The notes under the pieces: model-generated | Told to the model about the DNA's origin: nothing | The model's input: only the letters and a program-made list of their open reading frames with translations | The model's database searches: none | Position numbers and translations under genes: made by a program | Source: a virus | Lineage: Duplodnaviria; Caudoviricetes | Strand: one strand, 5' to 3' | DNA: 60,001 nucleotides | IMG/VR virus record: IMGVR_UViG_3300036859_000134 | Span: 1-60,001 of that record | In this document: positions 43,872-53,995 of the stretch, piece by piece | How the letters are laid out: each line of letters starts with the position of its first letter | Position numbering within the stretch: the first letter of the stretch is position 1

Positions 43872-45431
43872 ATGCCACTTCCGATGCTCCTCGCGCTGGG
43901 CCTGATGGGCGCCGGCGGCTACCAAAAGTACCAGCAGAACCAGCAGGACCTCGCGGACGCGCAGGCCGATCGCGAGTTCAAGGCGAAGGAACGCCAGCGC
44001 ATGACGGACCTGTGGGCGCGCGACGACAAGCTGCGCTCCGACATCGCCGCCGCCGGCAAGCCGGCCGCTGTGCAGAACGGTGCGACCGTGGCCGGCATCG
44101 CGTCGGCTCCCGCGACCTACGACGACGCCGACGTGGCGGCGAGCGACGCGCGCCAGGTGCGTCAGGCTGCACTGGCCACCGGTACCGACGCGCCCGCCGT
44201 GTCGGTCACGCCGACCGCGGTGGTCAACGGCCAGGCCTACGGCGACACGGCGGCGGCCAAGACCGCGGCCGACGCCTACAACAAGCCCGGGGCTCGGGCT
44301 CAACGCACGTACGACGCCCTGGTGGCCAACGGCCAGATCAACCAGGCGGAGGACCTGCGCGCGAAGACGACGCAGGGCGACCTCGCCGGTCTCCAGCTCG
44401 ATGCCGCCAAGCAGGCGCGCCTCGACGACGCCTACAACCGCGACCTCATGGCCAAGGTGCCGCTCAACGACTGGGGCGCGCTGGAGAAGTTCGTCAACGA
44501 CACCAAGGGTGACGGCCGGGGCGGCGGCCTGAAGGTGAAGCTCGTGAAGTCCGACGACGGCAAGACCGTCACGGTGCACAAGGTCGGCGACGATGGCAGT
44601 ACCTCGCCGATGGCGCAGGTCGCCAACACCCCGGAAGGTTTCGCGGGGCTCGTTCGTGGCGCGGTGATGCAGCTGTCGCCCGAGTCGAAGCTGCAGCACG
44701 TCATCGACACGGCCAAGACGACGGAGGACCGCCGCCGCTGGGAAGCCGAGTTCGGCGTAAAGCAGACCGAGAGCCAGGCGCGCATCACCGCGGAGAACCG
44801 CCGCGCGTCGGCCGAGGAGCGGCGGGCCACCGCGGACGAGCGCCGCGCGAACCTCGCGGAGAAGGCGCTGGACGTGAAGAAGAGCGGCATCGTCGATCGC
44901 ATGTCCGAGGTCGACAAGGTGCAGTTCGGCAACCTCGCCAAGCAGGCAGAGACCATCAACTCCGCCATTGCAAAGTCGCAGGCCGAGGGCATGTGGAACC
45001 CGGATTCCCCGGGCTCGAAGCAGCTCATGGAACGGCAGGCGACGATCAGCGGGATGATGGCGAAGCTCGTGAGCCAGTACGACGACAGCGCGAGCGATGC
45101 GGACCCGCTGGGCATCATGGGCAAGGGCTCGGCACCGGCCAAGCCTCCGGCGAAGGCAAAGGAGCCGCCGCCCGTCGTCCCCGCGCGCGCGAGCATGGCC
45201 GCCGCAGCGCCGCTCGTCGCGGCTGCTGCGCCTGCTGCCCCCGACCCGGCGACTATTCGCCAGCAGCGCATCCAGGAGATCACCCGCCAGCTGGCCACCG
45301 ACGACACCATCAAGTCAGGTGGCCTGGGCGGCATGGGCATGCGCGCCGTCCAGGCGGGGGCTCTGCCGCTGGGCATCGGCGGCCGGCGCGCGCTTGAAGA
45401 AGAGCTCGCGAACCTGCAGACGGGGAAATAG
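43872..45431 (+). CDS. Probable ejection/internal virion protein
   Basis: Helical A/Q/E-rich 519 aa between ejection genes; LALGLMGAGGY N-terminus. Confidence 0.65.
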   Translation: MPLPMLLALGLMGAGGYQKYQQNQQDLADAQADREFKAKERQRMTDLWARDDKLRSDIAAAGKPAAVQNGATVAGIASAPATYDDADVAASDARQVRQAALATGTDAPAVSVTPTAVVNGQAYGDTAAAKTAADAYNKPGARAQRTYDALVANGQINQAEDLRAKTTQGDLAGLQLDAAKQARLDDAYNRDLMAKVPLNDWGALEKFVNDTKGDGRGGGLKVKLVKSDDGKTVTVHKVGDDGSTSPMAQVANTPEGFAGLVRGAVMQLSPESKLQHVIDTAKTTEDRRRWEAEFGVKQTESQARITAENRRASAEERRATADERRANLAEKALDVKKSGIVDRMSEVDKVQFGNLAKQAETINSAIAKSQAEGMWNPDSPGSKQLMERQATISGMMAKLVSQYDDSASDADPLGIMGKGSAPAKPPAKAKEPPPVVPARASMAAAAPLVAAAAPAAPDPATIRQQRIQEITRQLATDDTIKSGGLGGMGMRAVQAGALPLGIGGRRALEEELANLQTGK

Positions 45432-45433
45432 GC

Positions 45434-48400
45434 ATGCCGAGCATCGCCGACCTGCGCAAGAAGCTCCCATACCTCGACGGACTCGACGATCAGCAGGCCG
45501 TCAACGTCATCCAGCAGGTGTACTACCCGAGCGTGTCGCGCGACGTGCTCGCGCAGCGCCTGGGCGTCCAAGCACCGGAAGCACCGCCGCCGAGCGACGG
45601 CATCGTGCGGCGCATGGGTGACGTCGGCCTGTCGCTGGCCAAGGGCGTCATCGAGGTGCCCGAGGCAGCCGTCGGCCTGGCCGACCTCGCCACGGGCGGA
45701 CGCGTCGGCAAGATGGCCGAGGCCATGGGCTACCGGCCGAAGGAGGCCCGCGAGTTCCTCGACCAGTACTACAGCGACTCGGCGAAGGCGGCGCAGCAGA
45801 AGGTGAACGATGCGAAGGGCATCGTGGACACCACGGTCGCGGCGCTGCAGAACCCATCGGTGATCGTGAACTCGGCGGCCGAGTCGCTGCCGTCGATGGG
45901 GCTCGGTGGCGTGATCGGCCGCGGTGCCGTCGCGATCGCGCCGCGCATGTCGCCGGTCATTGCCGGCGCGATCGGCGAGGGCGCGGTGTCGGCCGGCCAG
46001 AACGCGGAGCAGGTGCGCGAGGAGGGCCCGAACGGCACGCTCACCGGCAAGCAGTCGGCGATCCTGGCCGCATCCGGCGCGCTCACCGGCGGGCTGAGTC
46101 TGCTCGGTGGCAAGGTGGCGCAGAAGCTGGGCATCCACGACGTGGACACCATGCTGGCCACCGCCGGCAAGAGCGATGCCGCGCGCAAGGGCATCGTGCG
46201 CAGCACCATCGAAGGTGCGCTCTCCGAGGGCATCCTCGAAGAGATGCCGCAGTCCGTGCAGGAGCAGGTCGCGCAGAACCTCGCGCAAGGCAAGCCGCTG
46301 GACGATGGTGTCGATCAGCAGGCCGTGCTCGGCGCGCTCACCGGCGGCCTCATGGGCGGCGGAGCGAACGCCCTGCACGGCGCCCAAGCTGCGCCGCAGA
46401 AGCTGCCCGAGACCGGCCCGATGTCGCGCGCGGTGAATGCGGGCATCGACAGCGGTGCAGTGGCGTTCCAGCCGGTCCCGGTACCGGCGGCCAAGCCCGC
46501 GGAGCCGGCCATCGCCGAACCGTCGTCGGACAGCATTCCTTTCGAGGCCGATCCGCGCTTCGCGCAGGCGCCGGCGGCGGACATCGCCATCGGTGAGGGT
46601 GGCCTGCTCGGCACGCACGAGGCCGTCGAGTCGCAGCCTGGTGCCTTCGAGGTGCGGCCGATCGGTACGAGCGCCGGCATGGTCGCGCCCGGCGTCTACG
46701 AGGCCGCGCCGACGCCGGCCGCTCCGCAGCGCCAACTCGAGCGTCCGGCGCCGGTGGAGGCGTCGCCGCCTGCAGCCGCGAACCCTGCGCCGGAGACGTT
46801 GGCGCCAGGGCCTGCTGCTGCTGCGCCGCAGACGAAGGGGCCTTTCTCGTCCGTGCAAGAGGCCGAGGGCTACATCTCGCAGCAGCGGCGCGCCGCGAGC
46901 GCGAACCTGCCCGTTGCACTTCCCATCGAGCACGCCGACGGCAGCGTCGGTGTGGCCACCTCCGGCTCTCCGGATTTCGAGACGGCGAAGCAGCAGGACG
47001 TGACGCGCCAGCGCGCCGCCGCCGGCATCCTCGACGGCGACGTGATGAACGCGAGTGGCAGCCCGTTCAAGAACCAGGGCGCCGCGCGACGCGCGCTCAA
47101 GGCGAACCCCGGGACGGTGATCGCGGAGGTCAAGGGCGGTTGGGTGCTGCGGAAAGGACCTGCCGATGTCAGCGTGGATGTGGCCGCTGGACGAGGCGCT
47201 GGAGACAGCGGTGATGGCGGGCGCTCTGAGCCTGCTGGAGGCGAACAAGCTGCAGGACGAGCACCTGTTGAACCCGTACCTGCCGTACCCGCTGGAGCTG
47301 ATGCCGGCGGTGCTGAAGTGGCGCCTGTTCGCGATGGACAGCAACGAGATGACGCGGCAGTAGTCGATGCCGCGGCTCATGAGGCTGCGACCTCGCCGAC
47401 GAACGACTTGCCGCAGCCCACCGAGGCGCAGCGCGAGGCGGGCAACTTCAAGATGGGCCACGCCAAGGTGTCCGGCCTTGACGTGACCGTCGAGTACCCG
47501 AAGGGTTCGGAGCGCACCGGCACCAGTGCTTCAGGCGAGCAATGGCGCCGGCCGATGAATGCCCACTATGGCTACATCAAACGCACCGAGGGCGCCGACG
47601 GCGAGAACGTCGATGTCTACGTGGGCCCGTCGCCTGACGCGCCGAAAGCCTACGTGGTCGACCAGACCAAGGCCGACGGCTCGTTCGATGAGCACAAGGT
47701 CATGCTCGGCTACAGGTCGATGGGCGCGGCCCGCAAGGCCTACCTGTCGCACTACCCCAAGGGGTGGAAGGTCGGCGCGATCACCGAAGCGCCGGTCGAG
47801 GATTTCAAGGCCTGGCTGAGGGATGGCGACGCGACCAAGCCATTCGCCTCGAGTACCGCGCCGAAGGGCGCACAGGAAACGGCCGCCCCTGAACCTCAAA
47901 GCGCGGCCGAGCACCCAGGAGAGAACCATGGCGAAGAAGGGCAAGGGCGGCGGCAAGAAGTGCTGACGCCGGGGGCGCCGGAGGCTGGTGCGCCGGCGCC
48001 CACCCCAGACCGCAAGCCACGCAAGACAAAGCGCGAGCCTGAGACCGTCGAGGATCGCACTCCGCCGGTGATCGCCGACGCCGGCGAGAAGATCGGCGGC
48101 GCTCGCAAGGACCGCTGGAAGGAGCGCGGCCTCAGCGTGGCCGACCTCGACGCCATGAGCGAGTCGGAGGGCGCCGAGCTCGCGACGAAGGCGAACGTGT
48201 GGAAGCCGGACTACGCGGCGATGGTGGCCGGCGGCACGCCGCCCAAGCATGCAGCGCTCGTCAAGGTGGTGTACGACCGGCTGGCCGCTCAGCCGGCGCG
48301 TAACACACCAGAAGGCCGGCGCGCCTACGTGCAGATGATGCAGGCCGTACGCGCCGCGTTCGGCTCTCTCGACGGGACGCAGGACCCGCGCCGCGCGATG

Positions 48401-51400
48401 ACCGAGGCGCGAGACAACATGCTGAAGGCCATCGGCATGCACAGCCGCGACACCGCGGAAGTGCAGAAGGCCAAGCAGCTGCTGTTCTCCGTCTACAAGG
48501 GCCGCAGCGAGCCGTTCCAGGTCTTCTACGACGAGGAGCGGCGCGCCGACAAGATGGTGCGCGACGGCTTCCCGGGCAAGGTCGAGCCGTGGACGCGTCG
48601 CTTCGTGCTGCGCGACGCCGGCGGCGCCGGTACCACGGACGCGGGCGTCGGCATTTACCGGGAGGCCTCCGAGAAGCTCGGCACGCCGCTGGCCGACGAG
48701 CAGATCAAGGCGGGGTTCTTTCAGGTGCGGTCGAAGGCCGGGCAGACAGTTGCCATGCTGCCGACCAAGGCCGATGCCGAGGTGGCTGCGAAGCGCCTGT
48801 ACGAGGCCACGCTGGCGAAGGAATCGACCGAGGAGCCCGAGCGGCCGCACCTCGACAAGCTGTCTCGCGAGGGTCTGCCGAAGAGCGTCGATCGCGACGT
48901 GACGGCCGATGACTTCCTCAAGCACTTCGGCTTCCGCGGCGTGGAGTTCGGCAACTGGTCGGCGCAGGACGAGCGGCAGAAGCTGCTCAACCTCTCATAC
49001 GACGGCTTGACCGACCTCGCCTCGATCCTGAACGTGCCGCCCAAGGCGCTGAGCCTGAACGGCACGCTGGGCATGGCGTTCGGTGCGCGCGGCGGCGGCC
49101 GCTTCGCCGCGCACTACGAGCCGGGCAAGCTCGTCATCAACATGACGAAGATCCGCGGCGGCGGGTCGCTGGCGCACGAATGGGCGCATGCGCTCGATCA
49201 CTACCTGGGCGAGCTCGCCAAGGACGACGCCTACAAGACCAGCGCGCGCGGTGCGTCGGGCTGGATGCAGCGCATGGTCTACGACCGCGGGCAGCAGAAG
49301 AAGCTCGCCTACGAGCCAGGCACGCGCAAGATGATCAGCGTCGCGACACCGCGCCTGACGAACCTGCGCACCGAGTTGGCCGAGTCCATCGACAACGTCA
49401 TGCAGACGATGTTCGGCGCAGACAGGCAGCCGACCAGCTATGCCCGCGAGGCGCAGAAGCTGTCGGGCAAGTCCGAGGACGGGTACTGGATCCGGCCGAC
49501 GGAGATGTGGGCCAGGGCCTTCGAGTCCTACGTGTTCGATCGCCTGCTGGCGATGGGCGCGAAGTCCGAATACCTGGTGCACGGCGTCGAGCCCGATCGC
49601 TTCGCTGCAGCCGACCGGTACAAGGGCAACCCGTACCCCGTGGGCGCGGAGCGTGCGGAGATCAACAAGGCGTTCGACAGGTTCGTCGGCGAGCTCAAGT
49701 CGCGCGACACCGACAACGGCGTGGCGCTGTACAGCCGCGGTGCCGGCCGAGGCCTGTCCGCCGACGCCGTCGAGAAGCACATCCGCCCGATCGTCGACTC
49801 GTGGGCCAACGGTCCGAAGGGCGGCGTGGAGGTCGTGAAGAAGGCCGGCGAGCTGCCGGCCAACGTGCTGAAGGCGGTGAAGGCTGCCAATGCCGACGGC
49901 GTGGCCAAAGCGTTCTTCGTGCCCGGCACCGAGAAGGTCTACCTGATCGCCAGCAACCTCGAGTCCACGGCCGACGCCGAGTTCGCGCTGTTCCATGAGG
50001 TCTACGGGCACTACGGCATGCGGTCGATCCTCGGCGACGACTATGCCCAGGCGATGACGCGGCTGCGCCGGCAGAACCAGAACCTCGCGATGCAGGCCTC
50101 GATGTGGATGTCGCGCTACGGCGCCGACGAGGTCAAGGCGCGCGTCAAGTCGGGCATGGACAAGCTCGCCGCCGAGCGCGAGGTGCGCCTGCTGTCGACC
50201 GAGGAGGCGCTGGCCGATGCCGCGGCCGCGGTGCCGGAGTTGAAGGGCTGGAAGTACGTCGCTGCGCGCGTGCAGGCCTTCCTGCGCAAGATCGGCCTGC
50301 ACTCCATCGCCGACTGGATGGAGACGCGCACCGAGGCCGAGACGCTGCAGTTCCTCGTGCGCGCGCGCCGCGGGGTCCAGGGCGGCATGGCTGGGCTGCC
50401 CACCGGCGAGCAGGCGCTGTTCTCGCGCGACGACGAGCGCCATGCGCTGCAGGCGCTGTCGCAGAACGATGACCTGTTCGCGCTGCCGAAGTCCGACAAG
50501 ACGACGGTGGAGGGAATCGCCGCGGACGTGGACCCCGAGATCAAAGTCAAGAAGCGCTCGAACATCCCGGGCGAGACGCGCTACGACCTGACCATGCCGG
50601 ACGGCAAGACAGCGCGCCTGATGGTGCGCGAGCCGAACCCCTACGGGCAGAGCACGTACGGCTTCGACTACGTCGACGGCGAGATGTCCAGCGTCTACAA
50701 CGAGCGGCCCGGCGAGAACCCCGAGGACGTGCCGCCCAAGGGCGATGTTTGGATCGACGTGTCGCTGCTGGAGAGCGGCGGAGGCGGCACGCAGGTTTAC
50801 GCCATCGCTGCCAACTACGCGCACAACACGGACCGCATCTTCATCGGGGATCCTGCCGGACTGTCCGACGAGGCGATGATGCGCCGGCCGGAGCAAATGC
50901 TGTCCAGTGCGCTGAAGTTCGGCACGACAGAGCACCTCGCGCCGCACCCGCGACAGGTGGCAGGCGATGAGAAGCTGGGCGTGCCGCCGCTGCGCTGGGT
51001 CTACGGTGACGACCCGGGCAACATCCGCAGGCTCGTTGACCTCAACCTGAAGACGCTTGAGAATGCAGGCCTTTCCGACGCAATCACTTTCGACCCCACC
51101 AGTGGACAGTTCCTCGACTCAGAAGGCCAACCCATCGACAGAGCGGGCATCGACGCTGTCGCCGTGGAGGCGCGTCTCGGCGAGCGAGCGCGCGCAGGCG
51201 GCCGAACGCTTGCGCGCAGCGCTGTCCTGCGTGCCCTTCTACGCGAGGAAGGCGGCGGAGCACAAGGAGCGGACCGGGGACGAGATGGGCTACTGGCTCG
51301 ACTTGCAAGGCTCGGAGATGACACTCCGGAGGCCACCCGTCGCCTCTTCTACAGCCGCGGTACCGGATACCTCGACACCCTGAGGTCGGCGGGCACGGCC

Positions 51401-53995
51401 CGCGCGTTCGGCGAGGCGTTCCACGACCTCAGCAAGACGCAGCGCGGCTTCAACTGGTGGCACCGCAGTGTCGGCACCCAGTACCACAAGGCCCAGGCGA
51501 ACGAAGGCTTCAAGCGCGTGTACGAGCGCGCGCAGGACTACCTGCACGACACGTCGGCTTTCGCCAACGACGCCGCAGAGTACGCGAAGGACCTGCTGCC
51601 GCAGCTCAAGAGCCTGCGTGACCTGGGCCGGCGCATCGCGCTGCCGGAGAAGGATCGCGAAGCCATCGCTGCGCCGATCTACGACGGCACGCTGCGCTAC
51701 ACGCGCGACGCCGACGGCAACCTGCAGGAGGCCGGCGAGGGCGACCACGCTGGCGTGGTGTTCACCGACAACGAGCTGCGCGAGCGCTTCGGCCTCGACG
51801 ACCGGCAGATCGGCCTGTACCACCAGTACCGCGCCGCGATCGACCGGTCGCTCGACATCATGACCGCGTCCGACGTGGCGCGGCTGATGGGCGAGGCCTT
51901 GCCGAAGGACATGCGGCAGATGGTCTCGGAGGGCGACACCGGCCGCTTCAAGGGCCTGGTGACCGCGCTGCTCGCCGACCGCATCGAGAAGGCCGGTGGC
52001 CCGCAGGAGAAGTCCTCGCTCGAGGAGATGCGCAAGCTCGTCACCGAGAAGTACGACCGCATCGACCAGCTCAAGAACGAAGGCTATGCGCCGCTGATGC
52101 GCTTCGGCCGGTACACGGTCGACGTCACCCGGCCCGGCAACGACGGCTCGGACCGCGTGTTCTTCGGCATGTACGAGAGCCAGCGCGAGGCGAACGCGGC
52201 CGCGCGCCAGTTCGCCAAGGACGACGGCGTGCAGGTCACGCAAGGCGTCATGTCCAAGGAGGACTACAAGCTCTTTGCGGGCATGAGCCCGGAGACGCTG
52301 GCGCTGTTCGCCGACCTCGCGGGCGTCGAGAAGAACGACGCCTTCCAGAAGTACCTGCAGCTGGCCAAGGCCAACCGGTCGGCGATGAAGCGCCTGATCC
52401 ACCGCAAGGGCGTGGCCGGCTTCTCCGAGGACGTGACCCGCTCGCTGGCGCAATTCATCACCAGCAACGCGCGGGCGTCGTCGGGCAACCTGCACATGGG
52501 CGAGATGGAGAACGCCGTGGCGGCCATTCCGCGCGAGCAGGGCGACGTGCGCGACGAGGCGATGCGGCTGAAGGAGTACGTGCAGAACCCGCAGGAGGAG
52601 GCGCAGCAGATCCGCGGCCTCCTGTTCGCGCAGTACCTCGGCGGCTCGGTGGCGTCGGCGATGGTCAACATGACGCAACCGCTGACGATGACCCTGCCGT
52701 ACTTGAGCCAGTTTGGCGGCGCCGGCCAGGCGATGACCCGGCTCGTGTCGGCCATGAAGCAGGCGGCTGGCAAGGTGGATGCGAAGTCCGAGCTCGGTCA
52801 GGCGCTCGCCAAGGCCGAGAAAGAGGGCATCGTCAGCCCGCAGGAGATCCACCAGCTGCAGGCGGAGTCGTCGCGCAGCATGGGCAACCATCCGTGGGTG
52901 CGCAAAACGCTGTTCCTGTGGGGCAGCCTGTTCCAGCTCGCCGAGCAGTTCAACCGGCGCTCGAGCTTCATCGCGGCGTACGACATCGCGAAGGCGCAGG
53001 GCATGGCGGACCCGTTCGCCTTTGCCGCCAAGGCGGTCGACGAGACGCAGGGTGTCTACAACAAGGGCAACCGGCCGAACTGGGCACGGGGTGCACTGGG
53101 CTCGACGCTGTTCACGTTCAAGCAGTTCTCGATCGGCTACCTCGAGTTCCTCGCGCGGCTGCCGATGAAGGAACGCGCGCTGGCGCTCGCCGTTCTGCTG
53201 CTCGCGGCGGGGGCCCAGGGCCTGCCGTTCGCCGACGACGTGGACGACCTCGCCGATGCGCTGGCGCAGCGCATGGGCTACGACTTCAACAGCAAGCGGC
53301 GCAAGGAACGATTCCTGGCCAGCGTGCTGGGGCAGGGCGGGGCAGACTTCGTGCTCCATGGCTTCTCCGCGCTTCCTGGAATGCCGCTCGACGTGTCAGC
53401 CCGCATGGGCGTGGGCAACCTCATCCCCGGGACCGGCATGCTGCTGAAGTCGGAGAAGGATGCGTCGAAGGATTTCGCCGAGATCGCGGGCCCGGCCGGC
53501 AATCTGGTCACCGGAGCACGAGACCTCGCGGTGAACGGCAACGCCAGGGCATTGATGCCGACGGCCATCGCGAACCTGTCGAAGGCGCTGGAGATGTACC
53601 AGACGGGCCAGTACCGCGACACGCGAGGCCGCAAGGTGATGGATGTCGGAGCCGGCGACGCCGTGACGAAAGCCCTGGGCTTCCAGCCGCAGCAGGTGGC
53701 CAGCGATTCACGGAAACGCCAGGTGCAGGCGCAGCAGAACAACCTCGCGAAGCAGGTGCAGGCCGAGATCGTGCAGCAGTGGGCGGCTGGCATCGTCGAC
53801 GGCGAGCCCGACCAGGTGAAAGCCGCGCGTGACCGCGTGGCGAAGTGGAATCGCGACAACCCGGAGAGCCGCATCGCGGTGTCGCCGGCTGCCGTGGCCG
53901 GGCGCGCGCGCGAGATGCGCCGCGATGCCGACGAACGCGCCGTGCGCGGCGCACCCAAGACGATGCGCGCCGACGCGCGAGCGGTGCTGCAGTGA
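45434..53995 (+). CDS. Giant polyvalent internal virion protein (2853 aa): InPase-like, LPD1/DarA-like, zincin peptidase-like and PLxRFG domains
   Basis: PTEAQ.EAGN.K.GH...HYGYI..T.GADG..VDV...FDEHKVMLG; GEKIGGARKD; GVEFGNW...AFGARG...AHYEP...SLAHEWAHALD; EMWARAFE; HEVYGHYG...EE.LA; GYAPLMRFG. Confidence 0.88.
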   Translation: MPSIADLRKKLPYLDGLDDQQAVNVIQQVYYPSVSRDVLAQRLGVQAPEAPPPSDGIVRRMGDVGLSLAKGVIEVPEAAVGLADLATGGRVGKMAEAMGYRPKEAREFLDQYYSDSAKAAQQKVNDAKGIVDTTVAALQNPSVIVNSAAESLPSMGLGGVIGRGAVAIAPRMSPVIAGAIGEGAVSAGQNAEQVREEGPNGTLTGKQSAILAASGALTGGLSLLGGKVAQKLGIHDVDTMLATAGKSDAARKGIVRSTIEGALSEGILEEMPQSVQEQVAQNLAQGKPLDDGVDQQAVLGALTGGLMGGGANALHGAQAAPQKLPETGPMSRAVNAGIDSGAVAFQPVPVPAAKPAEPAIAEPSSDSIPFEADPRFAQAPAADIAIGEGGLLGTHEAVESQPGAFEVRPIGTSAGMVAPGVYEAAPTPAAPQRQLERPAPVEASPPAAANPAPETLAPGPAAAAPQTKGPFSSVQEAEGYISQQRRAASANLPVALPIEHADGSVGVATSGSPDFETAKQQDVTRQRAAAGILDGDVMNASGSPFKNQGAARRALKANPGTVIAEVKGGWVLRKGPADVSVDVAAGRGAGDSGDGGRSEPAGGEQAAGRAPVEPVPAVPAGADAGGAEVAPVRDGQQRDDAAVVDAAAHEAATSPTNDLPQPTEAQREAGNFKMGHAKVSGLDVTVEYPKGSERTGTSASGEQWRRPMNAHYGYIKRTEGADGENVDVYVGPSPDAPKAYVVDQTKADGSFDEHKVMLGYRSMGAARKAYLSHYPKGWKVGAITEAPVEDFKAWLRDGDATKPFASSTAPKGAQETAAPEPQSAAEHPGENHGEEGQGRRQEVLTPGAPEAGAPAPTPDRKPRKTKREPETVEDRTPPVIADAGEKIGGARKDRWKERGLSVADLDAMSESEGAELATKANVWKPDYAAMVAGGTPPKHAALVKVVYDRLAAQPARNTPEGRRAYVQMMQAVRAAFGSLDGTQDPRRAMTEARDNMLKAIGMHSRDTAEVQKAKQLLFSVYKGRSEPFQVFYDEERRADKMVRDGFPGKVEPWTRRFVLRDAGGAGTTDAGVGIYREASEKLGTPLADEQIKAGFFQVRSKAGQTVAMLPTKADAEVAAKRLYEATLAKESTEEPERPHLDKLSREGLPKSVDRDVTADDFLKHFGFRGVEFGNWSAQDERQKLLNLSYDGLTDLASILNVPPKALSLNGTLGMAFGARGGGRFAAHYEPGKLVINMTKIRGGGSLAHEWAHALDHYLGELAKDDAYKTSARGASGWMQRMVYDRGQQKKLAYEPGTRKMISVATPRLTNLRTELAESIDNVMQTMFGADRQPTSYAREAQKLSGKSEDGYWIRPTEMWARAFESYVFDRLLAMGAKSEYLVHGVEPDRFAAADRYKGNPYPVGAERAEINKAFDRFVGELKSRDTDNGVALYSRGAGRGLSADAVEKHIRPIVDSWANGPKGGVEVVKKAGELPANVLKAVKAANADGVAKAFFVPGTEKVYLIASNLESTADAEFALFHEVYGHYGMRSILGDDYAQAMTRLRRQNQNLAMQASMWMSRYGADEVKARVKSGMDKLAAEREVRLLSTEEALADAAAAVPELKGWKYVAARVQAFLRKIGLHSIADWMETRTEAETLQFLVRARRGVQGGMAGLPTGEQALFSRDDERHALQALSQNDDLFALPKSDKTTVEGIAADVDPEIKVKKRSNIPGETRYDLTMPDGKTARLMVREPNPYGQSTYGFDYVDGEMSSVYNERPGENPEDVPPKGDVWIDVSLLESGGGGTQVYAIAANYAHNTDRIFIGDPAGLSDEAMMRRPEQMLSSALKFGTTEHLAPHPRQVAGDEKLGVPPLRWVYGDDPGNIRRLVDLNLKTLENAGLSDAITFDPTSGQFLDSEGQPIDRAGIDAVAVEARLGERARAGGRTLARSAVLRALLREEGGGAQGADRGRDGLLARLARLGDDTPEATRRLFYSRGTGYLDTLRSAGTARAFGEAFHDLSKTQRGFNWWHRSVGTQYHKAQANEGFKRVYERAQDYLHDTSAFANDAAEYAKDLLPQLKSLRDLGRRIALPEKDREAIAAPIYDGTLRYTRDADGNLQEAGEGDHAGVVFTDNELRERFGLDDRQIGLYHQYRAAIDRSLDIMTASDVARLMGEALPKDMRQMVSEGDTGRFKGLVTALLADRIEKAGGPQEKSSLEEMRKLVTEKYDRIDQLKNEGYAPLMRFGRYTVDVTRPGNDGSDRVFFGMYESQREANAAARQFAKDDGVQVTQGVMSKEDYKLFAGMSPETLALFADLAGVEKNDAFQKYLQLAKANRSAMKRLIHRKGVAGFSEDVTRSLAQFITSNARASSGNLHMGEMENAVAAIPREQGDVRDEAMRLKEYVQNPQEEAQQIRGLLFAQYLGGSVASAMVNMTQPLTMTLPYLSQFGGAGQAMTRLVSAMKQAAGKVDAKSELGQALAKAEKEGIVSPQEIHQLQAESSRSMGNHPWVRKTLFLWGSLFQLAEQFNRRSSFIAAYDIAKAQGMADPFAFAAKAVDETQGVYNKGNRPNWARGALGSTLFTFKQFSIGYLEFLARLPMKERALALAVLLLAAGAQGLPFADDVDDLADALAQRMGYDFNSKRRKERFLASVLGQGGADFVLHGFSALPGMPLDVSARMGVGNLIPGTGMLLKSEKDASKDFAEIAGPAGNLVTGARDLAVNGNARALMPTAIANLSKALEMYQTGQYRDTRGRKVMDVGAGDAVTKALGFQPQQVASDSRKRQVQAQQNNLAKQVQAEIVQQWAAGIVDGEPDQVKAARDRVAKWNRDNPESRIAVSPAAVAGRAREMRRDADERAVRGAPKTMRADARAVLQ
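47166..47363 (+). CDS. Overprinted 65-aa ORF in the +1 frame of the giant gene
   Basis: AAAGGA RBS about 8 nt upstream; codon bias switches to this frame for its whole length. Confidence 0.6.
   Translation: MSAWMWPLDEALETAVMAGALSLLEANKLQDEHLLNPYLPYPLELMPAVLKWRLFAMDSNEMTRQ

Noticed and set aside
29036-53359. Long minus-strand ORFs (29036-31792, 44432-47461, 48995-50947, 51290-53359 and others)
   Set aside because: Antisense shadows of GC3-rich plus-strand structural genes; no motifs or RBS.
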